A stretch of 64,000 nucleotides of DNA, taken from positions 352,001 to 416,000 of the forward strand of contig CAVSGO010000005.1 in assembly GCA_963727525.1 (NCBI GenBank), written 5' to 3'. The notes beneath the pieces are model-generated. The model saw only the letters and a program-made list of their open reading frames with translations, made no database searches and had not been told where the DNA came from. Shown piece after piece: positions 10,171 to 19,049 of the stretch. This DNA is from an uncultured bacterium (GTDB taxonomy: Bacteria > Krumholzibacteriota > Krumholzibacteriia > LZORAL124-64-63). Each line of letters begins with the position of its first letter. The first letter of the stretch is position 1. Position numbers and translations under genes: made by a program.

Positions 10171-11394
10171 GTGCCACGAAGAATGTTGACGGGTCCAGCG
10201 CTTGCCTGGGCCCGTCTTCATGAACACCAAAACACTCACTTCATGCCCTACGCTTCCGCCCCACTGCCCCAACCCTAACTGCAAATACCACAAGCCTCAG
10301 CCGCAACCCTGGCCCTTCGCGCTCTTCGGCACCTTCTCCCGAAAATCCCCACCCTACACCGTCCAACGCTACCTCTGCCTGGCCTGCGGCAGGACCTGCT
10401 CAGACCAGACCTTCCGCACCACATACTGGCTCAAACGCGCCGATCTCCTGCCCAAGGTCCACAAGCACGCCGTCTCTGGCGCCGCCAATCGCCAGATCGC
10501 CAGGCTCCTCGACACCTCGCCGACGACCGTCGACAACCTCCTCGCCCGCCTCGGCCGACACTGCATCCTCTTCCATCGACACCTGGTGTCCCAGGCGTCA
10601 CCCTTCGTGGACATCGCCATCGACGGGCTCGTCACCTTCGAGCACTCCCAGTATTTCCCCTACGAGATCGTCGCGGCCGTCGATCGCCCCTCCAGCTTCA
10701 TCATCCACTTCGCCGAGGCCGAGCGACGACGCAGCGGGGCGATGACCGACGAGCAGAAATGGAAACGGTCCCTCTTTGAACAAAACTATGGCCGGCCGGA
10801 CCCCAGGTCGTTGATGCGGGCGCTGCTCGAGGTGCTCTCGGTCTCGCTCGACGGCGCCACCGAGGCCCACATCTGGAGCGACAAGCACAAGACCTATCCC
10901 TACGCGATCGCGAAGCTACGGTATTGCAAGGTGATCCACGAGACGATCGACTCCCGTGAGCCGCGGACGAGTCGCAACCCGTTGTTCGAGGTCAACTTGC
11001 TGGACATGTTGCTGCGGCATTGTCTGAAAGACCACACGCGGGAGACGATCGCGTTCGGGAAGCGACGCCAGCATTCGATCTACCGGCTGGCGATCTTCCT
11101 GGTGTGGCGCAACACGATCAAGTTGCGTCGGGAGAAGCGGTGCTGGAGCACGCCGGCGATGCAGATCGGGATCGCCACGAAGCCCCTGACCGAGGAGGAG
11201 GTGTTGTCGCGGCGGCTGTTCGTGTCGCATATCGAGTTGCCGCCGTTGTGGGATGACTACTACTGGCGACGGGTCGAGACGCGGCCATTGAAGGTGAACC
11301 GGAGGCACAAGCTGACGTACGCCGCGTAGCGGGAAAAGTCGGGCCTGGCGGGAGAGACCTCGGTGCGAAACCTCGTCAACATTCTTCTTGGCAC
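10171..11394 (+). mobile_element. Insertion sequence (IS1-like Zn-ribbon/HTH/DD(E/D) transposase) with terminal inverted repeats
   Basis: IRL GTGCCACGAAGAATGTTGAC (10171-10190) versus IRR GTCAACATTCTTCTTGGCAC (11375-11394): 19/20 match. AAC lies directly outside both ends (10168-10170, 11395-11397), a possible 3-bp target duplication. Confidence 0.88.
10220..11329 (+). CDS. Transposase, IS1-like
   Basis: CPNPNC...QRYLCLACGR Zn ribbon, HTH (NRQIARLLDTSPTTV), acidic motifs IAIDG, WSDKH, NPLFEVNLLD; homologous to 59929-61038. Confidence 0.85.
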   Translation: MNTKTLTSCPTLPPHCPNPNCKYHKPQPQPWPFALFGTFSRKSPPYTVQRYLCLACGRTCSDQTFRTTYWLKRADLLPKVHKHAVSGAANRQIARLLDTSPTTVDNLLARLGRHCILFHRHLVSQASPFVDIAIDGLVTFEHSQYFPYEIVAAVDRPSSFIIHFAEAERRRSGAMTDEQKWKRSLFEQNYGRPDPRSLMRALLEVLSVSLDGATEAHIWSDKHKTYPYAIAKLRYCKVIHETIDSREPRTSRNPLFEVNLLDMLLRHCLKDHTRETIAFGKRRQHSIYRLAIFLVWRNTIKLRREKRCWSTPAMQIGIATKPLTEEEVLSRRLFVSHIELPPLWDDYYWRRVETRPLKVNRRHKLTYAA

Positions 11395-11401
11395 AACCCA
11401 T

Positions 11402-11875
11402 TCAGTCGCCGGAATCAGCGCTGTCCAGCTCCTGTTTGACCTGGAGCTTGAGCGCGATGAGTTCTTGCTGACGCAGCTCGAGCAGGAACGCCACGCGGTG
11501 CATCAACGCATCCTCGTGGGCTTCGAGCCGGCCGTCGCTGTAGACCACGCGCCACAGCAATTCCACGATTGCCAGCTTCTGCGGCCGGGTGAAGTGATCG
11601 TTGATCACGCGGGTGAAGCTGTAGAGGTCGGTACTGTCGCGCCGGTGCGCTTCGGCCACGGCGAGCAGTTCGGTGGCATCGGTGGCCGAGAGCTGAAAAC
11701 GTCGCGAGACGAGGTCGATGAGCGTGGCGGTCTCGGCTGCATCGAGGACATTGTCGGCATGAGCCGCCTCGAGCAGCAACACGCAGGTGGCGATGCGCCG
11801 GCGGCGAAGCTCGGCGTCGGGATCGTGTTGCGCCGTACCATTGCCCACGAGCAGCTTCTTCAGCCCTTCAAGCAT
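11402..11875 (-). CDS. TerB-family (tellurite resistance-like) protein
   Basis: LLLEAAHADNVLDAAE...DLYSFTRVIN...LWRVVYSDGRLEAHEDALMHRVA; overlaps the alr stop. Confidence 0.88.
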   Translation of the reverse strand: MLEGLKKLLVGNGTAQHDPDAELRRRRIATCVLLLEAAHADNVLDAAETATLIDLVSRRFQLSATDATELLAVAEAHRRDSTDLYSFTRVINDHFTRPQKLAIVELLWRVVYSDGRLEAHEDALMHRVAFLLELRQQELIALKLQVKQELDSADSGD

Positions 11876-13079
11876 CGGGTGCCTCCACGTGTCGATGTGC
11901 CTCTTGCGGATGATCCACTTGCGGATGTGCCTCGCGTCGCCAGGTGTCCTTGGGCAGCGTGAGCACCTCGTACGGAATGGTGCCCAGCCAGTCGGCCATC
12001 TGCTCGGCCGGGATCGCGTCGTCGCCCTGGCGCCCCAGCAGTACCGCCGCATCGCCGGCCTGCGCATCGGGAATGTGGGTGACGTCCGCCATGCAGAGAT
12101 TCATGCAGATGCGGCCGCGCACGGGCGCCCGGCGCCCGCGGATCAGCACGTGCGACCGTCCCGAGAGCGCGCGGGGATAGCCGTCGGCATATCCTACGGG
12201 CAGCACGGCGATGCGGCTGTCGGTTGGCGCCACCCACGTGCGGCCGTAGCCCACGGCTTCGCCTGCCGGCACCGGCTTGACCTGCCCCACGCCGACCTCC
12301 CACGTCATCGCGGGTCGCAGGTCCAGCTCGCCCAGCCCCGCCAGGCGCGCCACCACGCGCGTCTCGCGGCTTGGCCAGATGCCGTACGCCGAGATTCCGA
12401 CGCGCGCGAGATCCCGGTGCGATTCCGTCCACAGCAGCGTCGAGGCGCTGCACGACATGTGCCGGACGAGATCCGCGTGGCCGGCCGCCGCCAGCCTCGC
12501 GATCGCCTGGTCGAATCGCGCCTGCTGGCGCCGTGCGAACGTGTGATCGGTGGTGTCCTCGACATCCGCGAAGTGGCTCGCCACACCCACCAGGACGACG
12601 CCCGGCGCTGCGATCTCGGCGAGGGCCGCGTCCAGCTCTTCCTCCCGGACGCCCTGCCGGTTGACGCCGGTCTCCACCTTGAGATGCACGCGGCACGGGC
12701 TGCCCTCCGCCGCCGCCGCCCGCATGGCCGCCGCCGCCGCGAGGCTGCCGACCATCATCTCGCAGTCCAGCGCGGCCGCGGCCGCGGCTTCCGCCCGCGT
12801 CAACGGTCCCAGAATGAGGATCGCCGCGTCCAGACCAGCGTCTCGCAATCGCCGAGCCTCGGCCAGAGCGTGCACGCCGAGCATGTCGGCTCCGCCGTCC
12901 AGGAAGGCACGCCCCGCGATCTCCAGCCCGTGACCATAGCCGTTCGCCTTGACCACGGCGAGCAGCCGCGCCGGCGGGCGTACCCGCTGGCGAAACTGGG
13001 CCACGTTGTCCCGGAGCGCTTCGGTATCGACCAGAAGGCGCAGCCAGCTCTCGGTCTTGCTCGCAAGCCGGGTGTTCAT
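11868..13079 (-). CDS. alr: Alanine racemase
   Basis: AVVKANGYGHG (PLP Lys), HLKVETGVNRQG, SHFA, VGYG, GYADGYPR, GRICMN, GTIPYEVLT. Confidence 0.96.
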   Translation of the reverse strand: MNTRLASKTESWLRLLVDTEALRDNVAQFRQRVRPPARLLAVVKANGYGHGLEIAGRAFLDGGADMLGVHALAEARRLRDAGLDAAILILGPLTRAEAAAAAALDCEMMVGSLAAAAAMRAAAAEGSPCRVHLKVETGVNRQGVREEELDAALAEIAAPGVVLVGVASHFADVEDTTDHTFARRQQARFDQAIARLAAAGHADLVRHMSCSASTLLWTESHRDLARVGISAYGIWPSRETRVVARLAGLGELDLRPAMTWEVGVGQVKPVPAGEAVGYGRTWVAPTDSRIAVLPVGYADGYPRALSGRSHVLIRGRRAPVRGRICMNLCMADVTHIPDAQAGDAAVLLGRQGDDAIPAEQMADWLGTIPYEVLTLPKDTWRREAHPQVDHPQEAHRHVEAPDA

Positions 13080-13254
13080 CCTCGACGCGTCCTTGTGCAA
13101 CCGACACATCGGCCAGATAGCCAGCCGACCCGCCACCTCGTGCCTGTCATGGTGGAAACGGTTCGCGCCCATGTCAATGGCAACGGCGGGATCCCCCCGC
13201 GAGAGGCCCCGCCGTCGACACGTCCCAACGCGCTTTCGGCTGTCGTGCAGTCGG

Positions 13255-13761
13255 TCAGCCCTGGTGCTGCTGCTCGGTCTTGGTGTGCGCGCAATCGCTT
13301 GGATCCTCGCACACGCCGTAGAGTTCGAGGCGATGCCGGAAGATCTTGAAACCGTTCTCCTCGGCCAGGCGCTGCTGGATCTCCAGGAGCCGCGGGTTGG
13401 AGAACTCGCGAATCTTGCCGCACTCGAGGCAGATCATGTGGTCATGATGCTCCACCTCGCTGCGTCCCTCGTAGCGCGCGAGACCATCGCCGAAGCGACG
13501 TTCCTCCACGAGGCCGCTCTCGACCAGAAGGTGCAGCGTCCGGTAGACGGTCGCATACCCGATCCGGGGGTTGACTCGTTTGACCTCACGCAACAGTTCC
13601 TCCACCGAGACGTGGCCGTGCATGCGAAAGAACACCTGCACGATGGTGCTTCGCTGCCGCGTCGTCTTCAGGCCCTTCGTCTGGATGAACTCCAGGAACT
13701 GGGCCTCCTTCTCCTTGATGAACTGCTCATCCGCGGGAGCTTGATTCTCCGCAGCCCTCAT
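13255..13761 (-). CDS. fur: Fur-family transcriptional regulator
   Basis: GLKTTRQR, HVSVEEL, IGYATVYRTL, HHDHMICLECGKI, LELYGVC. Metal specificity (Fur versus Zur) is not certain. Confidence 0.9.
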   Translation of the reverse strand: MRAAENQAPADEQFIKEKEAQFLEFIQTKGLKTTRQRSTIVQVFFRMHGHVSVEELLREVKRVNPRIGYATVYRTLHLLVESGLVEERRFGDGLARYEGRSEVEHHDHMICLECGKIREFSNPRLLEIQQRLAEENGFKIFRHRLELYGVCEDPSDCAHTKTEQQHQG

Positions 13762-13805
13762 TATGGACCTCGCTTCCGAGAAGCTGGTGGTACTCGACTG
13801 GTGAT

Positions 13806-13824
13806 GATAACGATAATCCGCTTT
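13806..13824. promoter_or_regulatory. Putative Fur box upstream of fur
   Basis: GATAACGATAATCCGCTTT matches 13/19 of GATAATGATAATCATTATC; AT-rich patch about 45-63 bp upstream of the fur start. Confidence 0.5.
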
Positions 13825-13939
13825 TGATATGGTACCCGTTCCGGGCATCTCGCGCAACTATTTTAGAGCAATTCAATCTTTTTTCTGGCGACTACCCAAA
13901 AATCCACGGAATCGCCAGTGGGGTCGCCAGTTACGGCGC

Positions 13940-14713
13940 TCAGAAGATGCCCACGCGTATGGCGAAACGGCCGCCAATTGGCAGAAAATAGAGATTCTGG
14001 CCATCGTAAGCCAGCAAGACATCCCTGCCGCGCATCAGGAAGCTCGCGGCATCCACGGTGGCCGACGTCGCCAGCCGCGCCCCGCTGAGACGATACATCC
14101 GACCCGTGGCGCTGTCGGTCGTCCAGATCGCCGAACCGTCGTAGGTGAGCCCGTACGGCGAGAAGGCCGGGGCCGTCACGGAACGGGTCACCTGCCCCTT
14201 CTCGGGGTCCACGCGATCGATCCGGGCGCTGTCGCGATCGCTCACCCAGACCCAGTGGCCATCGTAGCAGCAGTCGACGGGACGGTGCCCCGGCAACGGA
14301 AAGCTCTGCAGCACCTCCAGCGTTGCGGCGTCCACCTGGTAGATCAACGACCCACCCTCGGCATCGTCACCGCAGCTCCAGTAGTACTCCCCATCGTAGG
14401 CCAGGCCGCGCGCGAGCGTACCGGTGACGTCCTGACGCGCGAGAACCCGGCCAGAACTGTCCTGCACCACGAGGAACGTGGCCTGGCTGCCGGTGGTCGC
14501 GGCCGAGTCGGCATCCGTGGTGAGCACGGCCAGCACGTCGGGGCCCACCCACGTGATTCCGGTCACCGTCCCCGGCGGCATCGCGAGGCTGTCGATGGGA
14601 GCGATGGTCAGTTCCGCACGCGCCAGCGCGGCGGGACCCAACACGATCAAGCTGAGTGCGATGAAACGCGACACGCGGCAAACCTCCGAATCCCGTCCAA
14701 AAAGTTCCAGCAT
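13940..14713 (-). CDS. Secreted beta-propeller protein (YncE / glutaminyl-cyclase-like fold); start uncertain
   Basis: Signal-like segment ending ALARA; repeated GL(A/T)YDG..W blades. Confidence 0.7.
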   Translation of the reverse strand: MLELFGRDSEVCRVSRFIALSLIVLGPAALARAELTIAPIDSLAMPPGTVTGITWVGPDVLAVLTTDADSAATTGSQATFLVVQDSSGRVLARQDVTGTLARGLAYDGEYYWSCGDDAEGGSLIYQVDAATLEVLQSFPLPGHRPVDCCYDGHWVWVSDRDSARIDRVDPEKGQVTRSVTAPAFSPYGLTYDGSAIWTTDSATGRMYRLSGARLATSATVDAASFLMRGRDVLLAYDGQNLYFLPIGGRFAIRVGIF

Positions 14714-14738
14714 TCTCGAGGATCACTGCTCTCGAGAA

Positions 14739-15818
14739 TCATTGCTCTCGACGCCGCGCACAGAGGACGCCGGCGCGCTGCAGCAACACCAGCAGACGCG
14801 GCAGGTCGAGAGGTTTGGTGCACATGAAATCAATTGCCGGATCGTCGGCCATCCCGGAGGCGGCCTCGCTGCCCCAGCCCGTCATCAGGATCACCGCGAC
14901 GGCAGGATCGCACCGGCGTAGCTCGGCTGCCACCTCGAGTCCCGAGCGCCCGGGCAGGCGCAGATCCACGAGCACGACGTCGGCGCTACCCGCATCGTAG
15001 CCGGCGAGGGCGTCTGCGGCCGCGCTGGCCACGACCACGGTGTGTCCCTCGGCCTCCAGGCAATCGCGGAGCATATCCCGGACGCTCACCTCGTCGTCCA
15101 CCGCCAGCACGCGCAACCGGCGCGAGTTGATCGCCTCGCCCACGAGAGGCAGAGTCAGGCGGAAGACCGTCCCTTTCGCTCCCGCGCGTACCAGGGTCAG
15201 GTCGCCACCGTGATCGCGCGCTAGCTGACGACAGCCCGCCAGGCCGATGCCATGTCCCCCGCCCTTTGTGCTCACCCCCGCGGTAAAGATCGACGCCGCC
15301 AGGTCCGGGGCCATGCCGGGGCCATCGTCGGCCACGTCGAGCATGACGTCACCCTCATGTTCGCGCCATGAACAGACCACGTGCGCCTGCGCCCCGCCGG
15401 CCTCGAGTGCATTCGTGAAAAGGTTGGCCAGGATCCTGCGGGCCACGAGCTCCGGCACCGCCAATCGCGACGGCGGGCCGTCGCCCGACGCCAGGGTCCC
15501 GACCACAGACGCCCCGGTGCGAGCCGCGACGAGGTCGTGACTCTGTCGCCAGGCCAGCCTCACGACGTCGCCGACGTCGCAGGCTCCGGGATCGGCCACG
15601 ATCGCCTCGTCGCCCAGCAATCCGCGCAGCAACGCCGAGGCATCGCGCGCAGCGGCGGCGATCCTCGCCACGGCCGGTGGCGCCGCGGGGTCGTGCTCCC
15701 AGAGCGATGCCTGGCCGAGAATGACCCACAGGAGCTGATTGACGTCGTGGACGACGGTGCGCACCCGCAGGTCCGGCGCCGAAGATCCCGGTACGCGATC
15801 GGAGGTTGGCTCCGCCAT
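14739..15818 (-). CDS. Hybrid histidine kinase / response regulator with no sensor domain
   Basis: H-box HDVNQLL, N box NLFTNALEA, DDGPGM, STKGGGHGIGL, C-terminal REC (VLAVDDE, VLVDLRLPGRSG, ILMTGW, KP). Confidence 0.9.
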   Translation of the reverse strand: MAEPTSDRVPGSSAPDLRVRTVVHDVNQLLWVILGQASLWEHDPAAPPAVARIAAAARDASALLRGLLGDEAIVADPGACDVGDVVRLAWRQSHDLVAARTGASVVGTLASGDGPPSRLAVPELVARRILANLFTNALEAGGAQAHVVCSWREHEGDVMLDVADDGPGMAPDLAASIFTAGVSTKGGGHGIGLAGCRQLARDHGGDLTLVRAGAKGTVFRLTLPLVGEAINSRRLRVLAVDDEVSVRDMLRDCLEAEGHTVVVASAAADALAGYDAGSADVVLVDLRLPGRSGLEVAAELRRCDPAVAVILMTGWGSEAASGMADDPAIDFMCTKPLDLPRLLVLLQRAGVLCARRREQ

Positions 15819-15910
15819 GGTTCATGCTCCCGTGTATGCGGCATCTTCGCGTGGCAAAGCCGCAATTTACGGGCACACTAGCAAAGGCCCCACCGACCGT
15901 CCATACGCGA

Positions 15911-16996
15911 TCACGTGAGGCACGCCGCGCCACCTCGCAGGGGCACGAGCGGCACGGTGAGGCGAACGACCGGCCATGGCGAGCCGGCCTCAACGTCGAT
16001 TCGACCACCGAGCACGTCGAGAAGACCCGGCGCGACCATGAACCCTATCAGCCGCTGTAGCTCGTCGGCATCGTCGACGGGGTCGCTCAGGCCGGTGCGA
16101 TTGACCCGGTGGCTAGATTCCGCCACACCTTCGAGGCGTAGGTCGAGCGCCAGGCGGGTCAGCTCGGAATCGGCGGCCGCAATCTCGCTCGCGGCGACGG
16201 CAACGGTGAGGTCCGATTGGAAGTAGTGGATCGCGTGGAGCGTTTGACGTAGCAAGCGTCGCCATTGCTCGCGCGCGATGGCGACATTCTTGCCCCAATC
16301 GCCCATCTCCGCGGACCACTCCACCACCACCGCGCTGACGAGCTCATCGATGTCCTGCACGAGTTCGCCGGTCGTCGCGATCGCCGGCGCCGCGTCATTG
16401 TCGACCATCGTCGCATCGATGAAATCGCCGGCCCATTCCACCGTATGCTCCAGGCGCTTGAGATTGCGAAGCGCGATGTCCAAGAGATCGAGCTCTCCAT
16501 TCACAGGCGCCAGCTCGCAACGACGCGCCAGGGTCTGCAACGCCGCGCTGGCGGCGGCGAGCGGCGTCCTCAGCTCGTGATTGAAGAAATGCAAGTGCTG
16601 GCGCAGGTCGCCGGACATCGGCAGGGCGCTGGCCGGACTCGCTTCCACGTCGACGCAGTAGGCCAGAGCCTCCCGCAGACGCGCTTCCATGTCCTCGCCA
16701 TCGGCGAGCACGGCGGCGGCCACGCGGCGCAACGCAACCGGCGCTCCCGGCGCATCGATGAGTACGAGCGGAACCAATGCGTGTTCAGGCAGGGTGACGG
16801 CAGCACCGTTGATCCACGACGTCTCCTCGCTCCACGCCACGATGACGGCCGCGGCTCGCTCCCGGGTCTGTGCCGCGGGGTGACCGCCGGCCGCGGTGAG
16901 AGGCGCGGCCACGAGGCCCCACCCGGAAAGCCAGGAGGACAGACGTCGCATCTGCGTGGGGTCGGCTACGATGAGAACGCGATTCATCGGCACCAT
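15911..16996 (-). CDS. Atypical HisKA protein (pseudo-receiver, HisKA, degenerate ATPase domain)
   Basis: FNHELRTPL H-box; REC-like start MNRVLIVAD; no recognisable N/G1/G2 boxes. Confidence 0.65.
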   Translation of the reverse strand: MVPMNRVLIVADPTQMRRLSSWLSGWGLVAAPLTAAGGHPAAQTRERAAAVIVAWSEETSWINGAAVTLPEHALVPLVLIDAPGAPVALRRVAAAVLADGEDMEARLREALAYCVDVEASPASALPMSGDLRQHLHFFNHELRTPLAAASAALQTLARRCELAPVNGELDLLDIALRNLKRLEHTVEWAGDFIDATMVDNDAAPAIATTGELVQDIDELVSAVVVEWSAEMGDWGKNVAIAREQWRRLLRQTLHAIHYFQSDLTVAVAASEIAAADSELTRLALDLRLEGVAESSHRVNRTGLSDPVDDADELQRLIGFMVAPGLLDVLGGRIDVEAGSPWPVVRLTVPLVPLRGGAACLT

Positions 16997-17198
16997 CCGG
17001 TTGCGGATCGCCCGCGGTGAAGACTGACGGGGAACGATCGGCAAGGGACATGCCATGGGTACGGCCGCGGAATTCCGCGCCCGCCGTTCGCCCCGCCGCG
17101 GCGTTATCGGGTACGACAGGGAATCCCCGCGACGCCTCGTGCACGCGCACGGGTCGCGCCAACCGGATCGGCACTGGCAAAATGCCGTGGCCGTCGCG

Positions 17199-18104
17199 TC
17201 AGCGTCGCTGCGCCGACGGCGGCGCCGGCGGTGTGCCGGCGAATCGCCAGAACACGGCCACCTCGTCGGTGCCCGCCCGGTCGGAGCGCTCGCCGAGATC
17301 GCGCGTGTACGCGACGCCGCACATGTGGCGCGTATGCAGCGGAAACCAGCAGGCCGCGGTGATACGTCGTGTGGCATGACCGCCGAAGCTGCGCTCGAGG
17401 AAGGACACATGGAACGACCGGCCTGTCCGCGGTTCCCAGATCGCTTCCGCGCCGAAGCGGTGGCCATCGGGAAACGCGTCCGGCGCGAGCGCGTCGCCGG
17501 CGGCATCGAGTGTGCTCTCGATACCCGCGCGAAGCGCGATCTCGACCGCGGGCGTCACCCGCCAGCCGCGTCGCAGATCGAGGACGAGGGGCAGACTGGT
17601 CGAGCCGAACGGGTACAGTTCCTCCTTGCCCACGGGCAAGCCGACCAGGATTCCCATGCGCGCGTGCCCCACGAGGGGTAACCGCGCCGGCATGACGATC
17701 CCGATCTGCATCTGGCCCCAGCTCGTGATGTAGCGCGCGCGTGGCCAGGTCGGGTCATCCGCCGTGGATTCCCCCGCGACTTGCGGCCAGCGTTCGAGGG
17801 CCGGCAAATCGTCGCGATCGAAGTGGACGAGGTGCACGCGCAGGAACACGGCGCCTTCGCGACCCGCCGGCAAGGTCGCCATCAGGCCGAGGCGGCTGGC
17901 CGTCCAGTGGGTGAGGTTGTCCCAGGAACGATCGGCCGACACGGTGAGCGCGCGCCGGCTCGCGGTATCGGCCACGGCTGTCCACGGAAGATCGTCGAGG
18001 CGGGGAACCTGGGCCCGCGCCGCGGGTGCCGCGAAGAGCCCGATCAGGATGACGCACGCGGCGCCGGCCCACGCGCAACGCGCGGAACGACGGCGGTGGC
18101 ACAT
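17199..18104 (-). CDS. Hypothetical exported protein, possibly an outer-membrane beta-barrel
   Basis: Signal peptide ending AARA; alternating beta strands, C-terminal EVAVFWRF; start overlaps the upstream stop. Confidence 0.65.
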   Translation of the reverse strand: MCHRRRSARCAWAGAACVILIGLFAAPAARAQVPRLDDLPWTAVADTASRRALTVSADRSWDNLTHWTASRLGLMATLPAGREGAVFLRVHLVHFDRDDLPALERWPQVAGESTADDPTWPRARYITSWGQMQIGIVMPARLPLVGHARMGILVGLPVGKEELYPFGSTSLPLVLDLRRGWRVTPAVEIALRAGIESTLDAAGDALAPDAFPDGHRFGAEAIWEPRTGRSFHVSFLERSFGGHATRRITAACWFPLHTRHMCGVAYTRDLGERSDRAGTDEVAVFWRFAGTPPAPPSAQRR

Positions 18105-18682
18105 CAGTAACCGTCCGTGGTGCGCTCGATGAGGTGCGCCACGCCCACCGACTCGAAGTAGACCTTGACCGCCTTGCGGCCGCCCGGCAACGACTCGTTG
18201 GCCACGACCAGACCACAATCGTCCCAGGCGAGATGGTGAATCACATCCCCGACCGTGTACGCGTCGCTCGGGCGGTAGGGACGAGCCATGCTCACGTCGG
18301 CGGCCGCGAGCCTGGCCGCATATTCGGCGATGGGTTCCGCCGGCGCCGCGGCGGGCGCGTCGTCAGCGACATCGTCGTCAGCATCGTCGTCCGTGTCGTC
18401 GTCAGCGTCCGGCGTCGCCGCCGTGTCGCGGCGCGGCTGGGGCGGCACAGGCTGCGCCGGCACGATCGAGCCGGCGACTGCGGGTTCGGCTGTGCTGGGT
18501 TCGGCGTCCGTGGGGTCGGCGACAGCCGTGGAGGCGGCGGATTCGCCGCTGAACTTGGGCAGGAAGCCCTTGCATTCAGGGCAGCGCAACCAGATGACGC
18601 CGTCATCGCCACCGTCCTCGGTGGGGACGACGTCCATGTCCAGGTGCTGCTTGCAGACGGAACAGTACTGGTTGATCTTCAC
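18104..18682 (-). CDS. Zn-ribbon protein with acidic linker and C-terminal SH3-like (DUF3553-like) domain
   Basis: CSVC...CPEC; Asp-rich linker; YRPSDAYTVGDVIHHLAWDDCGLV...VYFE; GTG start. Confidence 0.7.
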   Translation of the reverse strand: MKINQYCSVCKQHLDMDVVPTEDGGDDGVIWLRCPECKGFLPKFSGESAASTAVADPTDAEPSTAEPAVAGSIVPAQPVPPQPRRDTAATPDADDDTDDDADDDVADDAPAAAPAEPIAEYAARLAAADVSMARPYRPSDAYTVGDVIHHLAWDDCGLVVANESLPGGRKAVKVYFESVGVAHLIERTTDGY

Positions 18683-18729
18683 ATGGTCCCTGACTATTGG
18701 CCCCTGACGATGCGCAATCCCCTGGGCGA

Positions 18730-18906
18730 TCAGGACATGATACGGCAACAATCCTCGGCGTCCGCTTTGGCAAGATAACGCATCCCGCAAACGAGGCACT
18801 TGCAGGGACCATCGATACGTCCCTCCACCTCCGCTTTGTGCAGGAGCCGCTCATATTTCACGAAACTTTCATCTCGGATCAGAATCTGTTCTTCCTTGAC
18901 TGCCAT
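18730..18906 (-). CDS. Small Cys-rich protein (58 aa), possible Zn finger
   Basis: AAGGAGG RBS; MAVKEEQ...CKCLVCGMRYLAKADAEDCCRIMS. Confidence 0.7.
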   Translation of the reverse strand: MAVKEEQILIRDESFVKYERLLHKAEVEGRIDGPCKCLVCGMRYLAKADAEDCCRIMS

Positions 18907-19049
18907 GGGCTCTCCTCCTTGAGAGGCATCGGTCGTGGGAGCGGATTCCTCCAAGTCCATTGCATGTTAGAACATACACAGATCGGAGTCAAGTCGGCTC
19001 GCTTCAACGATCCGCGGGATCCTGCCTCGAGAGTGACAAAACGCCCGAA

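Noticed and set aside
18355-18415. Imperfect (TCG/TCA)n repeats
   Set aside because: They encode an Asp-rich linker and are not a CRISPR or other DNA-level repeat.
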